Below the pieces are notes generated by a model that saw only the letters and a program-made list of their open reading frames with translations, was not told the DNA's origin and searched no databases. A program made the translations under genes and the position numbers. A stretch of 61,206 bases of DNA, counting the filler. It is 5 parts of 5 records of this genome, joined end to end, with 100 filler letters (N's around TTAATTAATTAA, not from the genome) between each part and the next. Parts side by side here need not be neighbours in the genome. Positions count along the whole stretch, not along the records: positions 21,375 to 52,206 come from SRR22947725_3370; positions 52,307 to 61,206 come from SRR22947725_3384; 3 more parts are not named here. One strand, given 5' to 3'. Shown here piece by piece: positions 48,682 through 59,192 of this stretch; within the stretch, counting starts at the first letter, position 1, and the number at the start of each line of letters is the position of its first letter.

Positions 48682-49722
48682 ATGGATTGGGGATCAATCA
48701 TCGAGAGTCTGTTCCGTGGGCTCATCGGGGAGAGCTTCATTGTTTTCGCCCTGGCTGCGATCGGCCTGAACTTGCACTTCGGCTATACCGGCTTGCTCAA
48801 CTTTGGCCAAGCGGTTTTCATGGCCGCTGGCGCCTACGGCCTCGCAATGATGGTCGCAACCATCGGACCTGCGGCAAACCGCAACTTTGGTTGGGATCTC
48901 AGCGAGAGCACCCTGTTCTGGCTGGGCATCTTCGTTGGCGTGGTCGTGTTTCCTGTCGTCTTCGCTTTAATCATGGGTATCCCGACACTCCGCCTTCGGG
49001 CGGACTACCTGGCGATCGTCACCATCGCTGTTGCAGAAATTTTCCGCATCGTCGTCCGTTCGCCAACGCCCAGCATTAAGAAGTGGACCAACTCGTCAGA
49101 CGGGTTGACGGGCTTCTCAGGCACCTTCTACGACATGAGTCCCTTCAGCACGCAGGACCGTTACCTATTTAACTTGTTTACCGGCAACCAGATGTTCTTG
49201 GTGATCGTCGGCTGGGGAGTTTTGGCGATCGGTGCCACGATCTGTTGGCTCCTTGTCCGGAGCCCGTGGGGACGCGTACTCAAAGCGATTCGCGAAGACG
49301 AGGACGCGGCACGGTCGTTGGGCAAGAACGCCTACTCCTACAAGATGCAGGCTCTGATTCTGGGCGGCGTTTTTGGTGCTGTCGGAGGCATGATCCGCGC
49401 CATCGGCTTCTCGGTTGCTCAGCCCGACAACTTCATAACAGATGTCACCTTCTTTGTTTGGGTGGCGCTGATCCTCGGTGGCGCCGGCAAGGTGCTAGCG
49501 CCAATCGTTGGAGCGTCGCTGGTGTATGGCCTCCTCAACTTTTCGGATACGTTCCTCCGAGAAGGGGTTGCAGCAGAGGTGATTCCAGAATCGATCATGA
49601 CCGGCACACAAGTAGGCCAGGTCCGATTCATGCTGATGGGCCTCGGCCTAGCGTTGCTGGCTGCCTTCAGGCCGCAGGGCATCTTTGGGAACAAGGAAGA
49701 GATGGCACTCGATGACCGGTAA
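48682..49722 (+). CDS. livM: Branched-chain amino acid ABC permease (LivM-like)
   Basis: GYTGLLNFGQ, LRLRADYLAIVT, AIREDE.AA.SLG. Confidence 0.9.
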   Translation: MDWGSIIESLFRGLIGESFIVFALAAIGLNLHFGYTGLLNFGQAVFMAAGAYGLAMMVATIGPAANRNFGWDLSESTLFWLGIFVGVVVFPVVFALIMGIPTLRLRADYLAIVTIAVAEIFRIVVRSPTPSIKKWTNSSDGLTGFSGTFYDMSPFSTQDRYLFNLFTGNQMFLVIVGWGVLAIGATICWLLVRSPWGRVLKAIREDEDAARSLGKNAYSYKMQALILGGVFGAVGGMIRAIGFSVAQPDNFITDVTFFVWVALILGGAGKVLAPIVGASLVYGLLNFSDTFLREGVAAEVIPESIMTGTQVGQVRFMLMGLGLALLAAFRPQGIFGNKEEMALDDR

Positions 49723-50689
49723 CGACTTTGACGACGAACTTAAAGATGTCCTGATTCCTGACGCTGGCCCGCACGCTGGGCCTGCAACACACAGCAGCGA
49801 CATGAGCGTGATCACGTCGGACAAGATCGCTGGTGTCGATCCGCAGGCCGCTCGTGCTGCGCTCGCAGATGTGCCATGGGAGCCGGGCGCCAAGAAGCCC
49901 GACCCGATTCTGGTCGCCGACAATGTCGTGCGCCGTTTTGGTGGTCTTACCGCTGTTGACGCTGACCACGTAGAGATTCAGCGAGGTGTGATCACTGCGC
50001 TGATTGGCCCCAACGGTGCGGGCAAGACAACTTTCTTTAACTTGTTGACGAATTTCGACGCTCCCGACGAGGGCACGCGAGTATTCGACGGGCACAACAT
50101 TGACAAGGTGCCGGCACACAAGATCGCCAACTACGGCATGGTTCGTACCTTCCAGCTGACCAAGGCGCTGTCGAAGATGACAGTCATTGAGAATATGAAG
50201 CTTGGGGCCACGGGCCAAAAGGGCGAATCTCTGTGGCGTTCGGTTCTGCCATTTATGTGGAAGAACCAGGAGCGCGAAATCGAGGCCCGCGCTGACGCCC
50301 TGCTTGATCGCTTCAAGCTCTCACATATGCGCGACGAGTTCGCTGGAACGATGTCTGGCGGTCAGCGCAAGCTCCTCGAAATGGCTCGGGCGTTGATGGT
50401 GGAACCGTCAATGGTCATGCTCGACGAGCCGATGGCGGGCGTCAACCCAGCGTTGACTCAGTCCTTACTAGGGCACGTCACCGGGCTGCGAGACGCCGGA
50501 ATGACCGTGCTTTTCGTTGAACATGACATGGACATGGTGCAAGAAATTTCGGACTGGGTGATCGTGATGGCCGAAGGTCGCATTATCGCCGAAGGTCCAC
50601 CTGCATCGATCGGTCAGAATCAGGCGGTCGTCGATGCTTATCTCGGCACGCACCACCATGCGGCGCTTGATCTCGAAGCGGAACTGTGA
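49712..50689 (+). CDS. livG: Branched-chain amino acid ABC ATPase (LivG-like)
   Basis: FGGL.AV, GPNGAGKT, RTFQ, LDEPMAGVN, VEHDM. Confidence 0.9.
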   Translation: MTGNDFDDELKDVLIPDAGPHAGPATHSSDMSVITSDKIAGVDPQAARAALADVPWEPGAKKPDPILVADNVVRRFGGLTAVDADHVEIQRGVITALIGPNGAGKTTFFNLLTNFDAPDEGTRVFDGHNIDKVPAHKIANYGMVRTFQLTKALSKMTVIENMKLGATGQKGESLWRSVLPFMWKNQEREIEARADALLDRFKLSHMRDEFAGTMSGGQRKLLEMARALMVEPSMVMLDEPMAGVNPALTQSLLGHVTGLRDAGMTVLFVEHDMDMVQEISDWVIVMAEGRIIAEGPPASIGQNQAVVDAYLGTHHHAALDLEAEL

Positions 50690-50692
50690 GTA

Positions 50693-51466
50693 GTGACGAT
50701 GTCTGAAACCTCAACAACGCCAGAAACAAAGCAGCCTGAGCCGCTCCTGATAGCGGACAACTTGACTGCCGGTTACATTCCGGGTGTCAACATTTTGAAC
50801 GACTGTTCGTTGGAGCTCGCCGAAGGCGAACTTGTGGGTATCATCGGTCCGAACGGCGCAGGCAAGTCGACCCTCGTCAAAGCTATGTTTGGTCTGGTCA
50901 ACGTCCGTGGCGGCCAAGTTCGACACCGCGGCGAAGAAATCACGAACCTGAAAGCAAACAAGCTCGTGAGCCGGGGTATCGGCTACGTGCCGCAGAACGA
51001 CAACGTGTTCTCCGCCCTCACTGTCAGTGAGAATCTCGAGATGGGCACATTCCTCAACCCGCCCGTATACAAGGACCGTGTTGGTGTCATCGGTGACATG
51101 TTCCCTCGACTTCTGGAGCGCGCTGATCAGCGCGCGGGGTCACTTTCAGGTGGCGAGCGTCAGATGTTGGCGATGGGGCGAGCACTCATGATGGATCCCT
51201 CAGTGCTACTGCTTGACGAGCCATCAGCCGGCCTTTCGCCGGCACTCCAAGATGAGGTTTTTATCCGTTGCCACCAGATCAACAAAGCCGGAGTCTCAAT
51301 CGTGATGGTCGAGCAGAACGCAAGCCGGTGTCTCCAGATCTGTGATCGTGGATACGTGCTCGATCAAGGGTCTAATGCCTACACAGGAACGGGCAAGGAA
51401 CTGTTGACCGACCCGAAGGTGATCGAGCTTTACCTAGGCACCCTGGTTAAAGATCATCAGAACTGA
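50693..51466 (+). CDS. livF: Branched-chain amino acid ABC ATPase (LivF-like)
   Basis: GPNGAGKS, LSGGERQM, LDEPSAGL, VEQNA. Confidence 0.9.
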   Translation: MTMSETSTTPETKQPEPLLIADNLTAGYIPGVNILNDCSLELAEGELVGIIGPNGAGKSTLVKAMFGLVNVRGGQVRHRGEEITNLKANKLVSRGIGYVPQNDNVFSALTVSENLEMGTFLNPPVYKDRVGVIGDMFPRLLERADQRAGSLSGGERQMLAMGRALMMDPSVLLLDEPSAGLSPALQDEVFIRCHQINKAGVSIVMVEQNASRCLQICDRGYVLDQGSNAYTGTGKELLTDPKVIELYLGTLVKDHQN

Positions 51467-52106
51467 TCTCTATTGCCAGAGTTCCGGCTGCTGTCACGAT
51501 GGGGTGCCGCTTGATTAGCGGACGGTAAGAACCGACCGTTGGGAGGCTGATGGCGTGTGAAAGCCGCGAACGTTCGCCTTGCTGGCGGACATTGCAGCAG
51601 TCGCAAGATGACCGCAAGCGGCTGTTTCGCTCTATGACTTTCATCATTGACGGTGCTTTCGACGTGCTGGGCAACGGGGCGCTGCCCAGCCAGCGAACTG
51701 GCTTACTGGTGGTGACTCCGTCTTGGCGACCCGGTCGCGCTCTGGACGCAGAAACAGCATGAGTTGCGAGTGTGAGCTTTCAAGCCCGCTGGTAGCCCTG
51801 AATTGGGATTGCACTCTTGGTTTTGCGGTGATCATCCTTGTGGCACGCAGATCGCAATATCGAGCGATGGAGGCGGGAGCGTTGTTTCATTTTGGAATTA
51901 CCGCTGTCAGGGTGCTGACGACAATCGTGACCAAAAGATGGACTGCAGTTGTCGTGGAGGTGCTTTTGCTCTCGGTTGTTGAGTGTGAAGTTAACGGCGA
52001 TCTCTGAAAAAGAACACGTGTTTCCGCACGCCGACAAGGGCCAACGACATGCCGAGAGGCGCTTCTTATCGAGGGCTTGGTGGGTGTCTCCCAGCTGAAA
52101 AACCAA

Positions 52107-52135
52107 AGAGCCCGGGGCAAGTAGCCCCGGGCTCT
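52107..52135 (-). terminator. Intrinsic terminator hairpin
   Basis: Perfect 12-bp stem AGAGCCCGGGGC / GCCCCGGGCTCT with 5-nt loop, followed on the minus strand by TTGGTTTTT. Confidence 0.8.
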
Positions 52136-52174
52136 CTAGCTGTTGATCAAAAGATCAGCAAGGTGCTGAATAAA

Positions 52175-52206
52175 TCAGACCTCGACTGAGCCCTGAACGG
52201 CGCCCT
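52175..52206 (-). CDS. 3' end of an unidentified gene (possibly the ABC substrate-binding protein)
   Basis: GAVQGSVEV-stop just upstream of the terminator at the contig edge; identity is a guess from context only. Confidence 0.3.
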
Positions 52207-52306
52207 NNNNNNNNNNNNNNNNNNNNNNNNNNNNNNNNNNNNNNNNNNNNTTAATTAATTAANNNNNNNNNNNNNNNNNNNNNNNNNNNNNNNNNNNNNN
52301 NNNNNN
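52207..52306. other. Artificial contig linker
   Basis: N-run + TTAATTAATTAA + N-run. Confidence 0.98.
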
Positions 52307-52504
52307 TCTTAAAAAACCATAACCTTCTTGGAGTATATCTAAAACACCATCTCCCAAAACCTCCTCTTCATTGTCAGCCTTGTGTTTAAGAATTGCAAAG
52401 ATAAGGGTTTGTTTTTTTGCTCTGGAAATATTTTCAATACCGAGAGACTGAGCAAGTTCAAGAAGTTCGGCAGGCGTTTTAATTTTAAGTTCTGATAGTT
52501 TCAT
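52307..52504 (-). CDS. rho: Transcription termination factor Rho, N-terminal fragment
   Basis: MKLSELK..ELL..A..LGIEN...LIFAILK...GDGVLDILQEGYGFLR; trxA-rho order. Confidence 0.95.
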
Positions 52505-52630
52505 ATAGATTTATAAGTTTGGTGAGAGATGGCAAAATGCCAGATGAAACAAAAATGGATATAAATATTTGTTTTAAAGAGTGTTTTATTTAGAGTTTTA
52601 TATTATTTATTTAAGAAATTAGGTTAATAG

Positions 52631-52957
52631 TTAAATATTTGAATCCAAGAAAGCGTTAAGATTCGCCTTTGAGAGAGCGCCAACCTTTGTGGCCTGAACA
52701 GTTCCATCTTTAAATAAGAGCATAGTAGGAATTCCTCTTATGCCATATTTGGGTGGCAATTGAACGTTTTCATCTACATTGACTTTAGCAATTGTAATCT
52801 TTCCATCATATTCATCTGCGATTTCATCAAGGATTGGCGCAAGAGCCTTACAAGGACCACACCACTCTGCCCAAAAGTCCACTAACACTGGTTGTGAAGA
52901 ATTTACAACATCATCCTCAAAAGAGGAGTCACTAACTACGATAATTTTGTCGTTCAT
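52631..52957 (-). CDS. trxA: Thioredoxin
   Basis: [17 protein letters not shown]. Confidence 0.97.
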   Translation of the reverse strand: MNDKIIVVSDSSFEDDVVNSSQPVLVDFWAEWCGPCKALAPILDEIADEYDGKITIAKVNVDENVQLPPKYGIRGIPTMLLFKDGTVQATKVGALSKANLNAFLDSNI

Positions 52958-53070
52958 GTACTAAAAAATGGAATGTATAAATAGAGATGAAATAACCTAC
53001 ACTATCATTATAACACTTCTTCTAAGGAATTCTGTTTATTTAAAAAAAGATTAATTATAGGAACTTCTTA

Positions 53071-54009
53071 TTAAATAAATGCTAGTAATATCGGTATCGT
53101 TACAAATGACAAAATAACTTGCGTGGTTATTATGCTGGTCATTAATTGATCATCTGCCCCAAACTGTCTAGCTAGTGTATGAGAACTAACAGCAGTCGGC
53201 ACCGCTGCAAAAATAACTGCGACTATCACTTCAATTTCACTGAGTTCCAAATAATTCGCTACAAAAAAAGCAATCGTTGGTAAAGCTAATAATTTGAGAA
53301 AATTGGATATTATTATTGGAGTAATTGTTAAAGCTAAATCTCGAACCTTAATCTTAGCACCAATAGTCAATAACATTATTGGAAGAGCCGCAGAACCAAG
53401 CAAACCAGAAGTATCAATAATTACTTTTAATTTTTCTGATTGAATTATTGAAAATATTAAACCTGCAATCATTGCTAAGATAAAAGGATTTTTGCTTAAC
53501 TCGATAAATACAGTTATAAATTCATTGTTTGATGCATTTTTTTTTGATTGGCCGAAATTCATTACCATCGTTGTCACTATGATAATATTTATGCTAGGAA
53601 CATAGATGAGCATAAATATAGAGGCTATTTTTAAACCTTCATCTCCAAAAAGACTTCCAGTAATTGCTAAAGCAATAAAAGCATTTTGTCTGACTGCTCC
53701 TTGAAGTATTGAAGTCCATCTTTCTGGAGGGTATCCAAGCAATTTTCCAAGAATAAGAACAGTCAATATTGCAATAAAAAATCCTACATAAATGATTATA
53801 GAGTAGCTATAAAGCATTTCTGAAGATAAATTAATTTGAGATATATAGTGGAATAATAATGCCGGAATGAGAACCCAATAACATAACTTATCGTTAATCT
53901 CCCAAAAAGAAACGTTAGGTACTTTTATCCTTCTTAAAAAATTGCCAAGAATAATTAAAAGAAAGACTGGCGAGACCAATAGAAAGATTTGAAAGAAGTT
54001 TGAAAGCAT
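53071..54009 (-). CDS. AEC (auxin efflux carrier/MdcF-like) family transporter
   Basis: About 10 TM helices; PALLF, N..FI.L, NPFI, LL.IG, PTA...LA..FG.D. Confidence 0.85.
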   Translation of the reverse strand: MLSNFFQIFLLVSPVFLLIILGNFLRRIKVPNVSFWEINDKLCYWVLIPALLFHYISQINLSSEMLYSYSIIIYVGFFIAILTVLILGKLLGYPPERWTSILQGAVRQNAFIALAITGSLFGDEGLKIASIFMLIYVPSINIIIVTTMVMNFGQSKKNASNNEFITVFIELSKNPFILAMIAGLIFSIIQSEKLKVIIDTSGLLGSAALPIMLLTIGAKIKVRDLALTITPIIISNFLKLLALPTIAFFVANYLELSEIEVIVAVIFAAVPTAVSSHTLARQFGADDQLMTSIITTQVILSFVTIPILLAFI

Positions 54010-54036
54010 TTACTCTTTAATGTGAAATAGTATTTT

Positions 54037-55422
54037 CTAACAATTACTATTAATCCAATCAATAGCTTTTTCTAGTCTGGCTAAGGTTCTTTCTTTGCCA
54101 ACAAATTGAGCACTTATATCAATACTGCCAGACTTACCATTTCCACTAAGTGCCAACCTGAAAGGCTGTCCAACCTTACCGAAACCTACATCATGCCTTG
54201 CACAAACAATCTTTATGACTGAATGAATGTTCTCAGCAGTCCAATAATCAATTGAATTGAGATTGGCAACTAGATCCTCTAGAATTGGCTTAGAATTTAT
54301 GTTGAATACCTTATTTGCCTGAACCGAATCAAACGCATCAAAATCACAATAAAACATGACACAGCTCAGCGCCATATCAACTAGTGATCCTGATCTTTCT
54401 CTGAGAGACTCTGCCAACTCATAAATACTTGGGCCATTATCTTCATTAATATTTAAATTATTGAGGTGCCATTTGAGATTTTCAACAAGATTATTGATAT
54501 CAGTCGACTTAATATAGGACTGATTAATCCACTCTAACTTTTCTTGATTGAAGCTAGCTGGCGAATTATTTATATTTTTTAGCTCAAAAAGATCAATCAT
54601 CTCTTGTACTGAAAAAATTTCTTGATCTCCATTTGACCATCCAAGCCTCACAATATAATTTAATAGTGCTTCAGGCAAAAAGCCTTCATCTCTGTATGCC
54701 AGAAGGTTGAGCGCTCCATGTCTTTTTGATAAACGAGAACCATCTGAGCCAAGGATCATTGGAACATGCGCAAACTCGGGCAAAGGCCATCCCATAGCTT
54801 TATATAGATTAATCTGTTTTGGAGTATTATTGATATGATCATCGCCCCTTATCACGCAGTCAATTTCCATGTCATGGTCATCAACTACAACAGTTAAATT
54901 GTATGTTGGAGATCCATCTGTCCTTGAGATAATTAAATCGTCTAACTCAGAATTTGCAATTCTCACCTCACCTTTTACAAAATCATTAAATAATACTGAT
55001 CCATCGTCAGGATTAAGAAATCGAATAACACCATTCTTTAGGACTTTATCTCGGCAACATCCATCATATTTAGGCTTCTCCTTACTGGCAATCTGATTAT
55101 CTCTCATCTTCTCTAAACGCTCTTTAGAGCAATCACAATAATAAGCCTTGCCATTTAAAAGGAGCTCATTAATGACCTCATTGTAACGTTCAGTCCTATC
55201 ACTTTGATAGATTGGGCCTTCGTCATAGTCAAGACCCAGCCAATCCATTCCATCTAAAATGGCGTCTACAGAAGTCTGAGTTGATCGCTCTTTATCAGTG
55301 TCTTCTATTCTCAATACAAATTTACTGCTTGTTTTTTTAGCCCAAAGCCAAGCAAAAAGAGCAGTTCTGGCGCCGCCAATATGCAAATAACCCGTTGGTG
55401 AAGGTGCAAATCTTGATTTCAT
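54037..55422 (-). CDS. gltX: Glutamate--tRNA ligase
   Basis: RFAPSPTGYLHIGG, LRIEDTD, RGDDH, RLSKR. Confidence 0.96.
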   Translation of the reverse strand: MKSRFAPSPTGYLHIGGARTALFAWLWAKKTSSKFVLRIEDTDKERSTQTSVDAILDGMDWLGLDYDEGPIYQSDRTERYNEVINELLLNGKAYYCDCSKERLEKMRDNQIASKEKPKYDGCCRDKVLKNGVIRFLNPDDGSVLFNDFVKGEVRIANSELDDLIISRTDGSPTYNLTVVVDDHDMEIDCVIRGDDHINNTPKQINLYKAMGWPLPEFAHVPMILGSDGSRLSKRHGALNLLAYRDEGFLPEALLNYIVRLGWSNGDQEIFSVQEMIDLFELKNINNSPASFNQEKLEWINQSYIKSTDINNLVENLKWHLNNLNINEDNGPSIYELAESLRERSGSLVDMALSCVMFYCDFDAFDSVQANKVFNINSKPILEDLVANLNSIDYWTAENIHSVIKIVCARHDVGFGKVGQPFRLALSGNGKSGSIDISAQFVGKERTLARLEKAIDWINSNC

Positions 55423-55572
55423 TAATTACTCTTTAAAAAAGACAATAGAAAAAGTTTTTGAACATTATAAAAATAAATCGATTGTTATTGATCGCTTCAA
55501 ACAAATCAAAATGCTATGTTAATTTTACACTGTTATAATATTCCTCCAACACCCAAATATACTTGCAAATTA

Positions 55573-55935
55573 ATGGAATTCACTCAGCAAAATGCGAATA
55601 CAAACACCATTATTTCAGTTGATGAATCCTCTATAACAATCTCACATACTAAATTAAAAAGGCCGTGCTTTGTTTCAGCTAATATTTCTAGTGAAGTTTC
55701 AATCAAAAATTTAGGGGAGATTGGAAAAGAATTTTTATTTCCACTAGTTGCTAAAGACCCTATTGATCTATTGATTATTGGAACAGGAAAATCGCCAAAA
55801 TTTCTTTCTCCTAAGCAGCAAATTGAACTCTCAGAATTTGGCCTTGGCGTAGAATGCATGAATAATTCATCGGCATGTTCAAGTTTTAACCTTCTCTTAG
55901 GCGATCTTAGGAAAGTTGGTTTATTACTTTTATGA
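55573..55935 (+). CDS. Mth938-like domain protein
   Basis: LLIIGTG, GVECM...AC..FNLL..D.RKV. Confidence 0.85.
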   Translation: MEFTQQNANTNTIISVDESSITISHTKLKRPCFVSANISSEVSIKNLGEIGKEFLFPLVAKDPIDLLIIGTGKSPKFLSPKQQIELSEFGLGVECMNNSSACSSFNLLLGDLRKVGLLLL

Positions 55936-57068
55936 TTGCTTTTTTAATAAAAAAGTTAGTCATCTTTTATAAATTCTTCAAAATTGATACGCCTCTTCTT
56001 ATTCTTCTCATACTTCTATCATCTTTTGGATTATTGATTTTATATAGTAGTTCAGGAGGCTCTCTAAGCCTTGTCTATAGGCAGATGGTCCATCTTGGCC
56101 TTGCCACCTCTGTGATGCTTATAATTGCACAAATTCCGCCAATCATTATGCTTAGGTTTGCTCCAATATTAATGCTTTTGGGCATTTTTCTACTAATACT
56201 TGTTCTATTTTTTGGAAGCTCTGGAGGTGGCGCCCAGCGTTGGCTCGACCTTGGATTTGTTCGGTTTCAGCCTTCGGAGCTAATGAAGATTATTGTTCCA
56301 ATGACTATTGCAGCAATACTGAGTGAAAAAACGCTACCTCCAAGGGCATTCCCGGTCATTATTTCACTCATAACAATTGCTACTGTTGTACTTTTGATTG
56401 CGAGACAACCTGACCTTGGCACCTCCCTATTAATTGGCGCTTCAGGGGTGTATGTATTATTCTTCTCTGGATTTAGAGTGATGCTCGTTAAAAATATTTG
56501 GCTCAACCTCGTTATTTTATCGAGCGCTTTTACAGGATTACTCTATTTTGCTTGGAATTATCTATTGATTGCCTATCAAAAAAGAAGAATTCTCACTCTG
56601 TTTAACCCTGAATCAGATCCACTTGGATCAGGTTATCACATCATTCAATCGAAAATTGCAATTGGCTCAGGAGGCTTTACAGGCAAAGGAATTGTGAGAG
56701 GCTCTCAGTCTCAACTTGATTTTGTACCTGAACAGTCCACAGACTTTATATTCTCTGTATTAGCTGAAGAACTTGGATTCCTTGGATTTTTATTACTAAT
56801 CATAATCTATGCCCTTATTATTTACCGATGTATGATTTTATCTCTTAAGTGTGATGACAATTTCTCTAGACTTCTTGGGGCAAGCCTCACCTTCGTATTT
56901 TTTACCTATATTTTTGTGAATATAGCTATGGTATCTGGACTCTTGCCTGTTGTTGGGGTTCCATTACCCTTGGTAAGCTATGGCGGCTCATCCTTAATTA
57001 CCCTTATGGCTAGTTTTGGAATTATTATGTCGATTCATAAACATAAAAGTCCAAGATATTTACAGTAA
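55932..57068 (+). CDS. rodA: Rod shape-determining SEDS protein RodA
   Basis: GAQRW, FQPSE, QPDLGT, GYHIIQSKIAIGSGG, PE..TDFIF, SYGGSS. Confidence 0.92.
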   Translation: MIAFLIKKLVIFYKFFKIDTPLLILLILLSSFGLLILYSSSGGSLSLVYRQMVHLGLATSVMLIIAQIPPIIMLRFAPILMLLGIFLLILVLFFGSSGGGAQRWLDLGFVRFQPSELMKIIVPMTIAAILSEKTLPPRAFPVIISLITIATVVLLIARQPDLGTSLLIGASGVYVLFFSGFRVMLVKNIWLNLVILSSAFTGLLYFAWNYLLIAYQKRRILTLFNPESDPLGSGYHIIQSKIAIGSGGFTGKGIVRGSQSQLDFVPEQSTDFIFSVLAEELGFLGFLLLIIIYALIIYRCMILSLKCDDNFSRLLGASLTFVFFTYIFVNIAMVSGLLPVVGVPLPLVSYGGSSLITLMASFGIIMSIHKHKSPRYLQ

Positions 57069-57151
57069 CTCGTTATAATCAAATTGTTGAATACAATGAC
57101 TTAGATTAGTTAACCTCTTCAATCAATCAAATACTGGGCAAATACAATCTC

Positions 57152-58294
57152 ATGAAATCAAATATCTTCACATTTTTAAAATCTTTCTTTTTAATATTTA
57201 TATTCTCAAATGTCATTGCCGAGGAGCCCCGTTTTTACATTCCTGACTCCCCTCCAATCGCAGCTAAGTCTTATGTTTTGATGGATCATAACTCTGGCAA
57301 AATTCTTGCGGCTGAAAATGAAAATGAAAGAAGATCTCCTGCTAGTTTGACCAAGATAATGACCTCTTATGTAATCTTCAAACGAATAAAAGAAGACTTT
57401 ATTTCTCTTGATGATGAGGTCAAGATAAGTGAAAAAGCATGGAAAACGGGCGGCTCAAGAAGCTTTATTGAAGTCGGTAAAATGATTAAGCTAAAAGACC
57501 TACTTATGGGAATGATCATTCAATCAGGCAACGACGCCTCAGTTGCTCTTGCAGAGCATGTAGCTGGCTCCGAAGGTACCTTTGTTTTATTTATGAATGA
57601 TTATGCTCAAGAAATTGGCATGACAAACTCGCGCTTTGAAAACTCCTCTGGCTTACCTCACAAGGACCAGTATACAACAGCCAAAGATATGGCCCTCCTA
57701 TCATCAGTAATCATAAAAGAATTTCCTGATTTTTATGAATGGTATGGCCAAAAGGAATTTACCTATAATAACATTAAGCAAATTAACCGCAACAAGCTTC
57801 TGTTCACGGATAGTACTGTTGATGGTTTAAAAACGGGCTGGACTGAGAAGGCAGGCTACTGTCTTGTAACGAGTGCAAATCGCGTCGATATGAGGCTTAT
57901 TTCAGCTGTACTAGGCTCTGCAAGCCCTACCATCAGAACAGCTGAGACTGAAAAACTGCTTGACTATGGTTTTCGTTTCTTTGAAACGCAATCAGTAAAT
58001 GACATATCTCATCAGGTTCCTGTTTACAAATCCAAAATAGGAAACATTAAAGTGGGTGTGGCGGATTCTAGCTACTTAACATTGCCACGAAATCAATTTA
58101 AATACACAACCCAAACAATCAATCTTGAAGGCGACTTAATCGCCCCAATTAACCAGGGCGATCAAGTTGGAACTCTTGCTATTAGCTTCAATGATGAAGA
58201 TATCGCTACGCTCCCTCTTATAGCTTTAGAAGATGCTAATGAAGCAGGCTTTGTTACAAAAATGATTGATACTGTGAAACTTATGTTTAGATAA
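57152..58294 (+). CDS. dacA: D-alanyl-D-alanine carboxypeptidase (PBP5/6)
   Basis: PASLTK, SGN, KTG motifs. Confidence 0.92.
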   Translation: MKSNIFTFLKSFFLIFIFSNVIAEEPRFYIPDSPPIAAKSYVLMDHNSGKILAAENENERRSPASLTKIMTSYVIFKRIKEDFISLDDEVKISEKAWKTGGSRSFIEVGKMIKLKDLLMGMIIQSGNDASVALAEHVAGSEGTFVLFMNDYAQEIGMTNSRFENSSGLPHKDQYTTAKDMALLSSVIIKEFPDFYEWYGQKEFTYNNIKQINRNKLLFTDSTVDGLKTGWTEKAGYCLVTSANRVDMRLISAVLGSASPTIRTAETEKLLDYGFRFFETQSVNDISHQVPVYKSKIGNIKVGVADSSYLTLPRNQFKYTTQTINLEGDLIAPINQGDQVGTLAISFNDEDIATLPLIALEDANEAGFVTKMIDTVKLMFR

Positions 58295-58296
58295 TT

Positions 58297-59130
58297 TTGG
58301 TTTATTTAAACGGTAACTTTATAGAAAAAGATAAGGCATATATATCCATCATGGATCGAGGATTCCTCTTTGGAGATGGAGTCTACGAGGTCTTCCCAGT
58401 TTATGATAATAAAGTTATTGGATTAGAGCCTCATTTAAATCGACTCCAAGATGGCCTTGATGCAATCAATATAGAAAACCCTCACTCTAAAGACGAATGG
58501 ATAAATCTCATCAACAAGATTGTTAAGCTTAATAATATAAATTCAAGTCAAGCAATATATTTGCAAATCTCTAGAGGTTGTGATGAAAATAGAAAACATA
58601 CTTATGGGAAATTAAAACCAACCGTCTATATTCAATCAAGCGGCATTGAACCAAAAGACAAAAGAGACCTAATAAATGGAAAATCTGCCATCACAAGAGA
58701 AGATATTAGATGGCTTAAAAGCAATACTAAAGCAACCTCTTTACTAGCTAATACGCTTTATGCGCAAGAAGCCAAAGAAAGCAATTCGGAAGAAGCCATT
58801 CTTTACAGAGATGGAATCATTACTGAAGCCTCAAGCTCCAATGTGTTTATTGTTAAAGACAGTATCTTATATACGCATCCAAAAGGACCAAACATTCTCC
58901 CAGGAGTTACCCGTGACATTGCAATCCATTGCGCTGAAAATTTAGGCATTAAGGTTATGGAGGAGAAATTTACTAAAGAGCAGCTAATGCAGGCAGATGA
59001 AGTATGGATTAGTAGCTCAACAAGAGAAATTCTTCCGATAACAATTATCGATGGTGTCTCGATTTCAAACGGACATGCAGGTCCAGTATGGTCATTAGTT
59101 TACGATCAATACCAAAAACTTAAATCTTAA
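58297..59130 (+). CDS. dat: D-amino-acid aminotransferase (class IV PLP enzyme)
   Basis: DRGFLFGDGVYE, DIRW....K.TSLL, ILPGVTR; follows dacA. Confidence 0.85.
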   Translation: MVYLNGNFIEKDKAYISIMDRGFLFGDGVYEVFPVYDNKVIGLEPHLNRLQDGLDAINIENPHSKDEWINLINKIVKLNNINSSQAIYLQISRGCDENRKHTYGKLKPTVYIQSSGIEPKDKRDLINGKSAITREDIRWLKSNTKATSLLANTLYAQEAKESNSEEAILYRDGIITEASSSNVFIVKDSILYTHPKGPNILPGVTRDIAIHCAENLGIKVMEEKFTKEQLMQADEVWISSSTREILPITIIDGVSISNGHAGPVWSLVYDQYQKLKS

Positions 59131-59192
59131 AAAACACACCTAATCATCCAATATAAAATAATTAGAATAATCATTTCAAGTAAAATCCAAAC

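Noticed and set aside
51550-51762. Possible transposase remnant (FIIDG motif)
   Set aside because: The motif is too short, and I found no terminal inverted repeats or target-site duplication.
21375-52206. Many long overlapping or antisense ORFs (e.g. 22844-23695, 27355-28233, 31889-32800, 32957-33808)
   Set aside because: They are shadow ORFs expected in high-GC DNA opposite well-supported genes and show no recognisable motifs.
5762-52306. Recurrent TTAATTAATTAA motif and sharp GC shifts suggesting islands or eukaryote-bacterium transfer
   Set aside because: Each copy sits within an identical 100-nt N-padded linker; these are artificial joins between unrelated contigs, so cross-linker adjacency has no biological meaning.
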